From IMG/VR virus record IMGVR_UViG_3300017991_000104, positions 3,946-67,945 of that record: a stretch of DNA of 64,000 nucleotides, one strand, 5' to 3'. The first letter of the stretch is position 1; each line of letters begins with the position of its first letter. This document shows positions 36,939-48,200 of the stretch, piece by piece. The notes below the pieces were generated by a model that was not told the DNA's origin, ran no database searches, and saw only the letters and a program-made list of their open reading frames with translations. A program made the position numbers and the translations under genes. Source of the stretch: a virus.

Positions 36939-37103
36939 ACTGATGCTGAAAAATCTGCACGAAAGTTTGATGAGGCTATCGAAGTCTTAGCTGCAAAAGC
37001 AAAGGAGAGTAGCACATCTGGAGAGGCTATGCAGTTCACACAAGCTGCATTAAACCTCGCACATGCCAAAAGTAAACTATTTACCTTGCACGAACCTGAT
37101 TAA
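36936..37103 (+). CDS. 55-aa helical protein (not in the ORF track)
   Basis: AGGAGGT SD; MTDAEKSARKFDEAIEVLAAKAKESSTSGEAMQFTQAALNLAHAKSKLFTLHEPD. Confidence 0.75.
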   Translation: MTDAEKSARKFDEAIEVLAAKAKESSTSGEAMQFTQAALNLAHAKSKLFTLHEPD

Positions 37104-37480
37104 GGTTTCTTCCCACAACCCTTGCATTCCTCATCCCCCTGTCGCTTGTTCTTAGTGGCAGGGGGATTTTTCTTTGGCTTGGGTGGACCTTTTAATGCTG
37201 GTCTATCATCCTGGCTAATGTTCTTCCACTTCGGAGGAACCAACGGACATCTTGTAGTAGCCCATGCCAGCTTATTCCACGCCTCGCCCTCCATCTTAAT
37301 GAAGCAACCGCACACATTGCACCGCGACTGTTCCCCATCGAAGTGTTCGCATGGCTTGCAGATATTCTCATAGATGTACTTGATGAGCTTAGCTGGACGC
37401 ATAGGCTTGCCAGCAGCCTTCCACTCCCTACGTTCCCGCACATAGTTAACACCCTGTGCAGCTAGGCTAGGCTTCTTCAT
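37100..37480 (-). CDS. Cys-rich protein (CxxC...CxxCGC...CP..KW)
   Basis: ICKPCEHF...RCNVCGCF...TRCPLVPPKW. Confidence 0.7.
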   Translation of the reverse strand: MKKPSLAAQGVNYVRERREWKAAGKPMRPAKLIKYIYENICKPCEHFDGEQSRCNVCGCFIKMEGEAWNKLAWATTRCPLVPPKWKNISQDDRPALKGPPKPKKNPPATKNKRQGDEECKGCGKKP

Positions 37481-37998
37481 TTCTTCTTTACCTCATGGTC
37501 TGCATAACCAACATGAGCGATTGAGAATCTAGCCTTCAAAACCCTGTCTCTAAAAGTTTGGCAGATACATCCAGTTAGCCGAACTTGTTTATCGTCCGTG
37601 TAGCGAAGCGTGAACCAGGGAGGTTCGATAGCCTCAAGAACTTTGCGTGATGTTCGCCAGATGCCAGTGTGGAATGCGTTGTACGACGCCCATCCCTCTT
37701 CGTGAGTGCGGCCTATCGGATACTCACAACACACCACATCAGCCTCAGCCTCTAACCATGGTCGCATCTGTGTCTGGATAGGCTTCAAGTCATTATCGCA
37801 GAAGATGAAGTGGTTGAAGTTAGAGGCAAGGGCCATCTCTATATAGGCATTGTAAACAGTGTGCTCTGCCTTAGTCTTCTCATTGAGAGACATCACGTTG
37901 TGCACACCAATATTGCTTAGCCACCGCGTCAACTTGCATGTGGCAGTGTCGTTGGGATACGATAGAATAATAGCGGCATGTTTCTCGGGCTTGAACAT
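37477..37998 (-). CDS. GT-A fold glycosyltransferase-like protein at the end of the virion operon
   Basis: HFIFCDND (DxD), ADVVCCEY, RKVLEAIEPPWF. Confidence 0.65.
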   Translation of the reverse strand: MFKPEKHAAIILSYPNDTATCKLTRWLSNIGVHNVMSLNEKTKAEHTVYNAYIEMALASNFNHFIFCDNDLKPIQTQMRPWLEAEADVVCCEYPIGRTHEEGWASYNAFHTGIWRTSRKVLEAIEPPWFTLRYTDDKQVRLTGCICQTFRDRVLKARFSIAHVGYADHEVKKK

Positions 37999-40900
37999 TA
38001 CATATACCTTTCCTGAATCTTCTCCGCAATCCATGGCATGCGGTTATCCTCTGTAGAATGGAACAGCCCTGAGCGACTATCTAAATCTGCCTCAGGCACA
38101 AGTGTCGGCGGGTCAACATAGTCCCACGGATAGTTCCCAGGTTTAAGCTGAGTATGCCATCCAGGCTGACCAGATGCTGCCGACGTTTGAATATCATATG
38201 GGTACGAGTCGGGGGCCTCCCATACATACAGTGCGTCATCGACACCCTGGTAACCACTGACCTGCGTATAGTCAGAGCATTCCCATCCCATGTAATGGGC
38301 ATGCCCTGTATGCGGCACATAGTGAGGATTGATAGCGATACCCGTGATACCACCTGTGGTACCAACTGTTGTGTAATCACACGAACCAACATACCCGCTA
38401 TCGTCAGCACATTCTTCACTAGTACACCAACCAACAATAGTTCGACCACAACTGTCGGGAAGGATTCTCCAACCTCGACGCAACGTGCCACCATTGTACA
38501 TCTTGATGGTGCCAATGGGGTCATCATAGCAGTCGGACGTTACAAGACCAGAGCCATAATTGTCCAGCTTGACAGTCAGCTTGTCACCAGACCAAATAGC
38601 TAAGTCTTGGTTGGGCGAAGGAGGAACCCATACGGGGAACGCAGCCTCTTCCTCTGTCAGATATTGTGGACCAGACGATTGATGTGGAGCCCGAATAGGA
38701 GTCACATGAACGAGTCGAGCAACATCAGCCTCTTGGTTGACCCATCCGCCTACTCCGGTGGGTTCTTTAACTTCTACCCATACCTCATCGCTCGGAATCG
38801 TTTTAACGTACCAGTCGGCAGCAGCTTGGTTATACTCTATGTAGACCGGTGTTCCCGATGGATAACGTAACGCTAACTCTGTCAGGCTACGCACGGGAGT
38901 CGGAACATTGGCTAAGAGGTTCGGAGGCAATGGACTGCCGTCTGTGAGTAACCGGTCAACAGTCACATTCAAGGTGTATCTGCCAAACTCACCATCTTGC
39001 AAAAACGGGTTAGCTAAGCCGCTTTCCTTGACGGTTGCCTTCTCAAAGATGTTGGATGGCCATCCGATAATATCGTAAACAGGCTCACTATTATCTTCAT
39101 CGCAACATCCTGTCAATGGATAGTTACCAGATACAACTTGGAATGCCCAGCCAGGGGTCATACGAGACACGCCTGTTATCTGAACATCACCTTCATGCAT
39201 ATCTGGGTTATTCGGCCAAGAGAATGTTAGGTCTGCTGTTTGGGTGTTATTGCAAGCATCGTCCAATGCACACAGCGATGGGTCACCGGTTTTAGTAATC
39301 GCTGTGTATTGAGATTCCTGCACACCACTAGTAGTGCTACCACTTCCAGGTGCAGTAATGATGATATGCTGTCTATGGAACGGGTCAAAGTAGGTGGCGA
39401 TTCTATCTCCACTAACTGGACTCAGGTTCATAAAGTCAACAGCAGTGATAACACCTGTTTCTAGCGTACCACCTGTCGCATCAACCAAGCCATCAGCACC
39501 CTTATAGGTAATAGCTGGCCCCCATCCAGGCTGCATCTCATACCCTATGATGTTACCATCATCATCAGTCTGAGGGTCATAATTCCCATTGGCTGTGAAC
39601 CCCTGGAAAACTGAGTAGGTGAGGCGGTAAGAAGGTGGGGCAGTCCAGCAATTTCGCTCATCATCCCACCTGAGGTCAATCGGACCAACCTTCCATGTCT
39701 GGGGTTTACGCATCCAGTGGTCAATGAACTTAGTGGGGTCATCAGCACTGGCGGGTACAGGTCGACCATCAAGGTCGAATCCCCAGCCACCAACAATAAC
39801 CGGACCACGAATGACCATTGGTCGCTGACCACCCTCTGTAGGATAGTCTTGGTTTTTCAGAGAGTCGAAACCGGAACCTGTACCAAGGGCAGAGAAGCCC
39901 ATCAGCAGCCCACCAGTACCAGTTGGGGCACTTAAGCCACGTGCTATAATATCAACATCGTGACCATGGTCAGGAGTATTGCTATATCCAGATTGCGGGA
40001 ATCCATTGGTTATGGCGAATGCGTTAAGATATGTACTACTGATGAGGTTGTCATAGGCATTCGTAACCCATTGGGAGAATCCGGTAATACCAGTATTGGC
40101 GGCACCAGTCCCATACACACCTGTATCCACGACAGAATTAAGGGGCGGTTGTGCCCCCTTGGGTTGTGTCCATCCACCTACATCCTCGCCCAGGCCAGGA
40201 TAGATATGGTCCTTCTTATTGTCTTGATATTGCGGAAGATTACTCTCTCCATCTACCTCGGCTGGTCTGAACAGGGCATCCCAACTACAGATAGCCTTAT
40301 CTGAATAATCAAAGATACCACCCCCAGCCAGTTCACTGGGGATTTCACTCAGGGGCTCAGTCGCTATACAGGTACGCATGTAGTTACCTGTGTCGGCAAT
40401 ACCAGTACCCGTGGCAGATGTCTCGGCTGTCCATTTGTAATAGGAGCCGACCAGTGCTTCGTGCGGTGAGCGTGCTGGCCCTGCCATCACACCAACATCC
40501 ACACCTTCTTCGTTCAGCCCCTTGAGTCGCCTAGACTCAGCAGCCACCATACCTTCATGGCTACGTGTCTTCGCAAGCTTAAGAACATTCTTCCTGTCCT
40601 TATGGACAGTCATAGCGTTCTGGCTGATTTTCTGCAACCGACCAGCGTTGTACTTGGCAAACTTACCATACTGAGGAGTGTGAGTCCTCATAGCATAGGT
40701 AGTAGATACGCCCCCAGGCCCAACATTGACAGATACATTGGTGATATTGGGTCCATAGGTACCATCCCAACCACCAATTGGCACGTTGTAGTAATCTACG
40801 TTAAAGGAGCCCAACGATTGATGTGGCTGATTATAGTTAGTGGCAGAGGTTGTGCGATGTTCAACAAGATGTGTGCCAGGACCATAGAATCCCTGACCTA

Positions 40901-43664
40901 GTGCAAGTAACTCTGTACCGCCAGGAAGTGTAGGATAGCCAGGGGCATTGATATCGCCCATCTCCCCTACCTGACGCTGTGTGATACCCTCATCTGCTAT
41001 CGCCTGACCGGCAAGATTCATCAGTCGATAATTCCCATACTGCCATGGAACAAGACCATCGTCTGTTTCAATCTTAATCTGCCCAGCCGGTCCCTCTGTT
41101 ATCCAAGGACCATAGCGAAGGATGTTACTCTTTAAACCAAATGCCGCAGCATCAGGAATGTAACCAGATGTTGGAATAACATAGTCTGCCATCTTATTTG
41201 CCGGTGCAGATAAAAGCTTTTTAATCTTATCTCTCACCTTGGCAATCGCAGCAACACGTGCCGGTCCCGCTGGAAGTTTCTCAGCAGCAAAGTACTCCAT
41301 AAGTAATGGGACTGAACGTATCCCAGGCATCCCAAGACTATCTGGTAGCTCATGAACCGGGGCGGGGAGTTCCAGTACAACACGTGGACTGAATCTGGTA
41401 TCATAGTCCATGTATGCATACTCAGGTTCAGCAGTAGCTCGTATCCATGTGCCCCCACTGTACTGGATATAATCGTCAGAGCTAAACTTCGTCATGTCGA
41501 AGTCTCGCGTACCGCTTGCGACTATCCTCCACGTTTCATCCAAGTCTGGGTCTTCACGCTTATCATAGAAGTCCACCACACGGACGATGTCAGAATTGAA
41601 GCGAACCATCGCTCCATACCTACCATCATCAAGCTGGAAGAATGGGGCTCCCGATATTTGGTCTGTCGGTAAGCCTATAATACCCGTTTGTTCTGTCCAG
41701 CCACCGTCACTAGGCTCCTCACTTGTGAGGATTTGGAAGCTTTCTCCGTCCGTTCTCAGTGCAGTGTACGGTACCCGCACTTGGAACTTCCTGGCATAGT
41801 TGGAGGCAAACGAGTTTATCCATGAATAGATTGACTGTAGGTCTTGGGCCAAGTCTGCTTCCTCAGCAACCTGACTCTTGACCTTACCGGCGTTTGGATG
41901 CATCTGCTGGAAGTCTCTAGGTAACACTTGTGCGTTATTGTCTAAGATGGCCTTAGCAGCACGTACAAAGTTTAATGGGGCAACAGCTTCTATATCTGGG
42001 GGATATGCCCTCATTGCCTCACTGGCATAAAGGGTACCAGCAGCGTCAAGATAGGATGTGGCATAAGATGACCACGTATCATACCCGCCCAAAGCAGCCA
42101 TCATCTCTAACTCGGTGATGGTCACCACTCCGGTGGTCAGTGGATAGGCTAGCTGGGAATTAACCTTGTCAGTATAAACCTTGATACCCCAACCGTTGTT
42201 CCTATCCTTAAACGGCATTATGATATCACCATTGTCATACTTACCGAAGTAGGGCAGGATTACATCATCAGCAGACTCATTCTCTGTTTCATAGCAGTCT
42301 CCTAACTGACAAATATCATCCCCTTCGCCATCTGGGTCATCGCTCTGACCTATTTGGTAAACGGTCTGCTTCTCGCCACCCAGGACGAAAGCAGCGGTGG
42401 GTTCATTTCGGAGTTCCTTACCCTGGCTGGCACTAATATATCCATCACCATCACCTATGAACTGACCGATAGCATCTACATTAATCTGGTCTGTTCTCCT
42501 GGCGGTACGAATTTTGATGAACTTGGAAATGCCACTACTGGATAGTCCAGGCTGAACGACTGGGATTAGCTCTACATAATAGTCATATCCAGCCGCATCG
42601 CACACCTGTTGAATGGCATCCATCAAGTTTATGTTAGAACCAGAGAGCCGCCAGTTATCTGGCATGACTGGCAGTTCACTGATATCGACCAAATACTCAC
42701 TCAGGAAGTTACTCAAACCAGAGAAAGGCCCCAGTGCCTCAATCTGGTCGTACCCCATAATTCCCATACCAAGGGCAGAGTCAGCACCACGGTACATCAC
42801 TCGACCATATGGCGACCAATTATTACGCAGTCTAGGATGAGAGTTAAGAAGTAAGTTGATAGCAAGTGCGAGTCGATTCCACTGCACTCCATTATCATTG
42901 TTTACCGCACCACCGAAACCACCAGCGGGACTACCGAATGTTGCACCGTCAGGACCGAAGTTCCCAGGTAAGTATCCGCCCGTTGTAGCGTCATAAGAAT
43001 AGGCGGGTGCTGACGAACCAAAGCCCTCCATAAAACCAAAGGCATTTACCAAGTTATATGGGCCAGTAGACTCACTCCATCCTGCACCACCAACCGCACC
43101 AGCATAGTTATCAATGATTACTTGTGTACCCTCTAGAAGTAGGCGAGGGTCAGAAATCTTCACTCCATAAGTTGGGTTGGCAGTGTTGCCACGGTTCTGA
43201 GTCCATGATTGAATGATACCACAGTATTCAAAGTCACCCACTCGGAAGTATACAGGGCAACCTTCAATATCTAAGGCTGCTCGTACAAGGGTATCCCCAG
43301 TGTTCTCCTTTGTACCAGAGTATTGGGTGCCATTAGCCCTCTGCCATCGGTCCATCCCAAAGAAACCAGGGTCGACAGCAGTGGTGGTTTGCTTGCTAAG
43401 ACTATCATCCCAATATGTCTTGTATGCACCCGCAGGTGATGTACATGTATCCTCTGCCAAGTGAACTGTTAGCTCACTCTGCTGAGAATTCCATCCCATA
43501 GACAGGGAGAAAGACATAACGCTACACCCAAGGAATAGCGTATGGTCATATGGTCCGTGGATACTCTCTGTGGTCATCCCTAATTTTGAGTATTGACCAA
43601 CAGTTAAATCGCTCCACTGTTCTAGGGTAAGGTTACCCCAGAATAAGGGACATGAGTTTGGCAT
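37998..43664 (-). CDS. Large tail tip / central fibre protein with C-terminal tail-collar-like domain
   Basis: 1888 aa, second gene after the tape measure; PIGTIKMYNG...GW...GRTIVG...GTTGG collar-like motif. Confidence 0.65.
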   Translation of the reverse strand: MPNSCPLFWGNLTLEQWSDLTVGQYSKLGMTTESIHGPYDHTLFLGCSVMSFSLSMGWNSQQSELTVHLAEDTCTSPAGAYKTYWDDSLSKQTTTAVDPGFFGMDRWQRANGTQYSGTKENTGDTLVRAALDIEGCPVYFRVGDFEYCGIIQSWTQNRGNTANPTYGVKISDPRLLLEGTQVIIDNYAGAVGGAGWSESTGPYNLVNAFGFMEGFGSSAPAYSYDATTGGYLPGNFGPDGATFGSPAGGFGGAVNNDNGVQWNRLALAINLLLNSHPRLRNNWSPYGRVMYRGADSALGMGIMGYDQIEALGPFSGLSNFLSEYLVDISELPVMPDNWRLSGSNINLMDAIQQVCDAAGYDYYVELIPVVQPGLSSSGISKFIKIRTARRTDQINVDAIGQFIGDGDGYISASQGKELRNEPTAAFVLGGEKQTVYQIGQSDDPDGEGDDICQLGDCYETENESADDVILPYFGKYDNGDIIMPFKDRNNGWGIKVYTDKVNSQLAYPLTTGVVTITELEMMAALGGYDTWSSYATSYLDAAGTLYASEAMRAYPPDIEAVAPLNFVRAAKAILDNNAQVLPRDFQQMHPNAGKVKSQVAEEADLAQDLQSIYSWINSFASNYARKFQVRVPYTALRTDGESFQILTSEEPSDGGWTEQTGIIGLPTDQISGAPFFQLDDGRYGAMVRFNSDIVRVVDFYDKREDPDLDETWRIVASGTRDFDMTKFSSDDYIQYSGGTWIRATAEPEYAYMDYDTRFSPRVVLELPAPVHELPDSLGMPGIRSVPLLMEYFAAEKLPAGPARVAAIAKVRDKIKKLLSAPANKMADYVIPTSGYIPDAAAFGLKSNILRYGPWITEGPAGQIKIETDDGLVPWQYGNYRLMNLAGQAIADEGITQRQVGEMGDINAPGYPTLPGGTELLALGQGFYGPGTHLVEHRTTSATNYNQPHQSLGSFNVDYYNVPIGGWDGTYGPNITNVSVNVGPGGVSTTYAMRTHTPQYGKFAKYNAGRLQKISQNAMTVHKDRKNVLKLAKTRSHEGMVAAESRRLKGLNEEGVDVGVMAGPARSPHEALVGSYYKWTAETSATGTGIADTGNYMRTCIATEPLSEIPSELAGGGIFDYSDKAICSWDALFRPAEVDGESNLPQYQDNKKDHIYPGLGEDVGGWTQPKGAQPPLNSVVDTGVYGTGAANTGITGFSQWVTNAYDNLISSTYLNAFAITNGFPQSGYSNTPDHGHDVDIIARGLSAPTGTGGLLMGFSALGTGSGFDSLKNQDYPTEGGQRPMVIRGPVIVGGWGFDLDGRPVPASADDPTKFIDHWMRKPQTWKVGPIDLRWDDERNCWTAPPSYRLTYSVFQGFTANGNYDPQTDDDGNIIGYEMQPGWGPAITYKGADGLVDATGGTLETGVITAVDFMNLSPVSGDRIATYFDPFHRQHIIITAPGSGSTTSGVQESQYTAITKTGDPSLCALDDACNNTQTADLTFSWPNNPDMHEGDVQITGVSRMTPGWAFQVVSGNYPLTGCCDEDNSEPVYDIIGWPSNIFEKATVKESGLANPFLQDGEFGRYTLNVTVDRLLTDGSPLPPNLLANVPTPVRSLTELALRYPSGTPVYIEYNQAAADWYVKTIPSDEVWVEVKEPTGVGGWVNQEADVARLVHVTPIRAPHQSSGPQYLTEEEAAFPVWVPPSPNQDLAIWSGDKLTVKLDNYGSGLVTSDCYDDPIGTIKMYNGGTLRRGWRILPDSCGRTIVGWCTSEECADDSGYVGSCDYTTVGTTGGITGIAINPHYVPHTGHAHYMGWECSDYTQVSGYQGVDDALYVWEAPDSYPYDIQTSAASGQPGWHTQLKPGNYPWDYVDPPTLVPEADLDSRSGLFHSTEDNRMPWIAEKIQERYM

Positions 43665-43676
43665 GTGTCATAATCC

Positions 43677-45212
43677 TTAGCAAAGTGACGTTCCTGATGT
43701 ACCACAGTTGATAAATGTCCAACCAACCTGTCTCGAATATCGGCCTGTAGTCCAGTCCCAGTTCTCTACATTATTATGTAGGAAAACCGTATCATATGTC
43801 GCCTGTAAATCTTGTTCAAACGCACATAATATTGGGTCAACCTGATTCTTAGGGCTACTGGCATAGATAGCCGCAATGTTTCCTGTTGTGGTTGGGCAAA
43901 TAGTCACCGGAGGCATGACTGCCTCGATTGTTACATCTCTTGTGCTATGTGTACGTGTATTGATATCTTGTAAAATCGGTCCAGATACTCGTCCTAAGAC
44001 CACCAGCGATGCAAACACATCAGACGGGTGAGTATCCTGTACCGAGAACACTTCCGACAAAGCCCCAGTGATGCAGGTTTGCGGCCTGTCATCATACGTG
44101 TACGAATAGGAAATAGAGCCCTGACTGGGAGACTTCCCCAAGGTAGTGGTCAAGGGATTGATATTAAGGTTGCGGTTAGCTATCGGCTCGACTGCAAGCT
44201 GTGCCCGAGAGTATAGTCTATCGGCTACCACAGTCCAGTAGCTACTAGCTGACGTATACTTATCCTCGGTGATAGTGAAGTCACCAGCAGTTCCAGTGGT
44301 GGGGCTACCATAATCTCTAGTTTCCACACCTTGGATGTTACCATCAATAGACACTGTAGTAAGGTCAGTATCTACGGTAGTGCTGACATTAGCAGTCCAA
44401 TCCTCTATAGCATGGCTAGGAACCCCACTCTCTCCCGTACTCATAACAATCCACGACTCACTTACAGAAAAGGAGCCATTGTATTCATCGAGAGTATTAG
44501 TCCTCATATGATTGTAGGCATTGAAAATGCTAGGGTCTAGATTAAACGCACCACCAGAAATATATGTGTCATCAAAGCCCAGTCTGGTTAGGACGAAGTC
44601 TCTAGCTTGCTCATACCCTTCACCACTAACCGCACCATTATTATACTGTCGTCTTCCGTGGGCACTTACGTTGTGCGTCATTCTCAGTAGGTACGGGCTT
44701 TTGTCAATATCATAGTACTCGCCATCCTTGGGCTGCTGAATGTTTCCCGTCCCTGTTGCGGTTGAAAGGTCAAGTGTATAGCGAGAGACATCCTCCATGA
44801 ACTCGATAGTCCACTCATCTGAGGCATCATCAATAAAGGGGGCGTTTCCGCTAACATCGAACTCCATCTCGATAGTGTAGGTTGAGTGCGTTACCCAGTT
44901 GTTAGTGGTGGGCGGTAGATTAATAGCATTAATTCGTGGATAGCATTCCAGAAGACCGCTCGCACCACAGTTCACGTAGAATCGCTGGCCTTCGGTGGAG
45001 AAAGCGTCGACCAACTCATCTTGTAACGCATCAACTACTACAATATCTCCGAATGTGTCCGGTTGAGCAGTAAGCGTTCCCTCTAATGTTAGTTGCACAA
45101 CATGACCAACGGGAACTCCCCCATTAGTCTTATTGAATTGGTGTTGGTATGTCATTAAGGGCACAGGGGAAAAGCTATAGCTCCCATATGTCATTGTTAC
45201 GTTAGTGGCCAT
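43677..45212 (-). CDS. Putative distal tail / hub protein
   Basis: Directly after the tape measure; beta-rich and S/T-rich. Confidence 0.55.
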   Translation of the reverse strand: MATNVTMTYGSYSFSPVPLMTYQHQFNKTNGGVPVGHVVQLTLEGTLTAQPDTFGDIVVVDALQDELVDAFSTEGQRFYVNCGASGLLECYPRINAINLPPTTNNWVTHSTYTIEMEFDVSGNAPFIDDASDEWTIEFMEDVSRYTLDLSTATGTGNIQQPKDGEYYDIDKSPYLLRMTHNVSAHGRRQYNNGAVSGEGYEQARDFVLTRLGFDDTYISGGAFNLDPSIFNAYNHMRTNTLDEYNGSFSVSESWIVMSTGESGVPSHAIEDWTANVSTTVDTDLTTVSIDGNIQGVETRDYGSPTTGTAGDFTITEDKYTSASSYWTVVADRLYSRAQLAVEPIANRNLNINPLTTTLGKSPSQGSISYSYTYDDRPQTCITGALSEVFSVQDTHPSDVFASLVVLGRVSGPILQDINTRTHSTRDVTIEAVMPPVTICPTTTGNIAAIYASSPKNQVDPILCAFEQDLQATYDTVFLHNNVENWDWTTGRYSRQVGWTFINCGTSGTSLC

Positions 45213-45217
45213 TATCC

Positions 45218-48200
45218 TTACCTTGTTCCTGCTGGTTTCATATCATTATTGACGTTCTCTTGTCCTAGTGGGTCAACACCCTTCATAGTCCTTTGCTCAA
45301 TTAGCTCCTCGATAGCTGGACGAACTTGGTCAACAAGCTGTTGGGCCAGTGCAGTCCCGCCATTAACAACAATATTCATACTGTGTTCACCAGTCAACAT
45401 GATGTTTTCTGGGATACGCCCAAGGGTTTCGTTTAAGCCACCAAGAGTTTCCTTGATAACTCCCGCACCCTCTAATAGTGCCTCACCAGCCTCCTTAAAG
45501 GAGGCTGTAGAGTTGGCTATCAATTTAGCCGCTTCATCAAACTTGGCAAAGTCTTCCCTTGTTAATGCTTCACCAAGTGCTTTCTTCTCAGCCTCTTTAC
45601 GAGCCTCCACCTCTCCAGGCAAGCCCTTGGCACGGTCTTTGGCGATGTCTGCCTGTATTTGAGCCGCTTCCTCTTGTCGTTTAGCAGCATCCTTAGCTTG
45701 CTGAATAGCCTTCTTGCCTTCTGGTGTATCCTGAGCTTCGGCACCTAGGTCGGTAAGGAACTTTCGATACTCATCTGCCTCCTGACCTTTAAGGCCACTC
45801 TGTCTGACAGACACATCAATACCAGTTTGCCTGACCTGTTTAGTCAACTGTCTCCGCTTCTCTTCTCCTCCAGCAATGAAACCTATCTCGGGAGCAAACT
45901 TCTGAGCCCTACCTATATCCTTCGCCGTTGCGGTTTTTGGAGCAAACAGTGTCTTCAGGGTGGATATCCCACTACGTTCTAATTCTCTACGGTCTTTAGC
46001 CGAACCACCTATGATGGTATCGACAAGATTCTGACCAGCCTTTTGTCTCGCTTGTACCTTATTGAAATCACTGATAGCGGCGTCTAGCGATACCGTGTCC
46101 TTTGATAAAATGTCTAACTGCTTCTGTGCATTGCGTAACTCTGCTGTATTAGCATGCATAGCTTGCTGATTGGCATCAAGCATTTGGGTATTCTTATCCC
46201 TGGCAGCTTGTAAAGCCTGATTCTCATCGGGGGCACCTAGTGTTGGTGATACCGGGGAAAATAGCGGTGATGTTGCACCAATCCCAAGAGGTAAACTGGG
46301 AAGAGGGGCTGTCTTAGTGGCTTGGATATCCGACTCAGTCTTAGATATACTCTTGTCTAGCTCCTTTATCTCATCCGTAAGGGCTACTATCCTACGACTT
46401 TCATTATGCCTCTCGACATTAGCCTCATTTCTAGGTTTAGTATCAAATTCCCAGGCAGCATAACCACCAGACAACGTATTTAACCATGAATTGTCTATCC
46501 TGTTCTGAGCTTCGTCCTGCCTATTTCTAGCATCAACAACCCTGTCGGTGGCGATGTCCCTAGCACTAAACGCAATCCTTCTTTCGGTCTGTTGTAGGTC
46601 AAGCTTTTTCTCTAACTCGACAAGCTTCTCTTGTCTCTTTGCTCCTTCTACAACTTCGTCTATCCCCTTGGGGAATGGAGCCCTTTCAGATGCAGTGGGA
46701 AGGGACACAGGTTCCCCAAGCCTCTTTCGCTGAGCCTCTAACCTATCCCGTTCATCTAATGCCCTGCGTACTCGGTCACCAGCGGTGGCTGGTGTAATCT
46801 CTGTAGCATCTGGCAGTTTAGTGGCAGATAATTGGGCAAGAAGGTCATCTCCCTGAGGTGCTAAACTTTCCAACTGACTTTTTAGGCCCCTGGTCTTATC
46901 CTCAAACGTCAACTCCTTACCAAGTGCCTGAGCAATTTTGTTTTCATTCTTAATTCGCTTCTGGTTAACACTCTCTTGTTGTGCCGCTACCTTCTCATTA
47001 ACCTGAATAATCTGGTTCCAGCTTTCGACATATCTCTTCTCGATATCGTTGAGAGCCTTCACTATCTCAGAGCCAGCAGTTGTTAGATTCTTAGCAAGTT
47101 GACCGGTGGCTTTCTCGACGAGCCCACCACCCAATAACCTATCCTCAAGGCGAGACTGTGTACCTTTGATATTACCAGTCTGGAATTCGGTAGCCTTTGT
47201 TCGCACTCTGTCAATCGCATCTTGAGATACACCAGCTTCTACAGCCTTGGCCAGTAGTGAACTTAGCTTATCCCCAAAGATAGTCTCTGCACTGTCTGCC
47301 CCAGGCTTAGCAGATTCCCTTAGGGTTGAAGTGGCAACATCCTTTAACCCCTCTTGGAGGAACTTCAATCCACGAGCCTCATCCCTAAGCCGACTACCTA
47401 CGTTAGTTTTACCTATAGTTCTGTCTAGTCTATCGAATGTCTTAGTCAAGTCACCCTGAGAAGCAGCGTTGAAGTTCTCAAACGGATTTCTCCTCGCAGG
47501 GGCTTGCAATTGTGCCTGACCACCGAGTAATTCAGTAGCAGTCCTATTGATAGCCTGAGTATACTCAATATGGGCCTGAGCAGCATACTTCACACTATCT
47601 GCGGTATCCTTAAGTAGCTGATTTAGGATGAGTATTTCCGTGTTAGCTTTTTGAACCTCTGTATCTAGAGTAGCTTGCTTAGCTAACTCTTCTCGTATCT
47701 TTTCCCATGCACCACGTGCAGTAGCTGTTGTCCTAATAAGCTTGGACTGCTCATCATCCATCTTAGAGAGTTGCAAGGTAAGAGATGCAGCCCTACCCTC
47801 GCTCTCACCGAATGCAAGAACATCAATCAAACCTTCTCGACCCTCAGTCAGTTGCTCAAACGTCAGGTCAGCATTCTTCCTCAATTCTGAAATAATTGTA
47901 TCTTGAGCCTTGGCAAACGCTGGCTGTGCCTGTTGGAATGTCGCACGGCCCTGTGCACGGGTAGCTCTAAACCTAGCTTGCTTTTCTGCTACCCTTTCCT
48001 CATTCAATGTTTTACGACCCTGGATTGCCTGTTTAATACCAGGAACATCCTCTAAGAAATCAGGAGTAAACTTACGTAGGTCTACGAACTCAGAAGCAAA
48101 TGAGAAGGGGTCAAGCGTTGCAATAGCAGTACCAATCTCAGAAACTACCTGTTTCCCCAAACCTCTCTCGGCAGCTAAGTCAGCAGCACCAGCCCTGCGA

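Noticed and set aside
37998-38600. Diversity-generating retroelement target at the tail protein C-terminus
   Set aside because: No reverse transcriptase and no template/variable repeat pair visible in the window.
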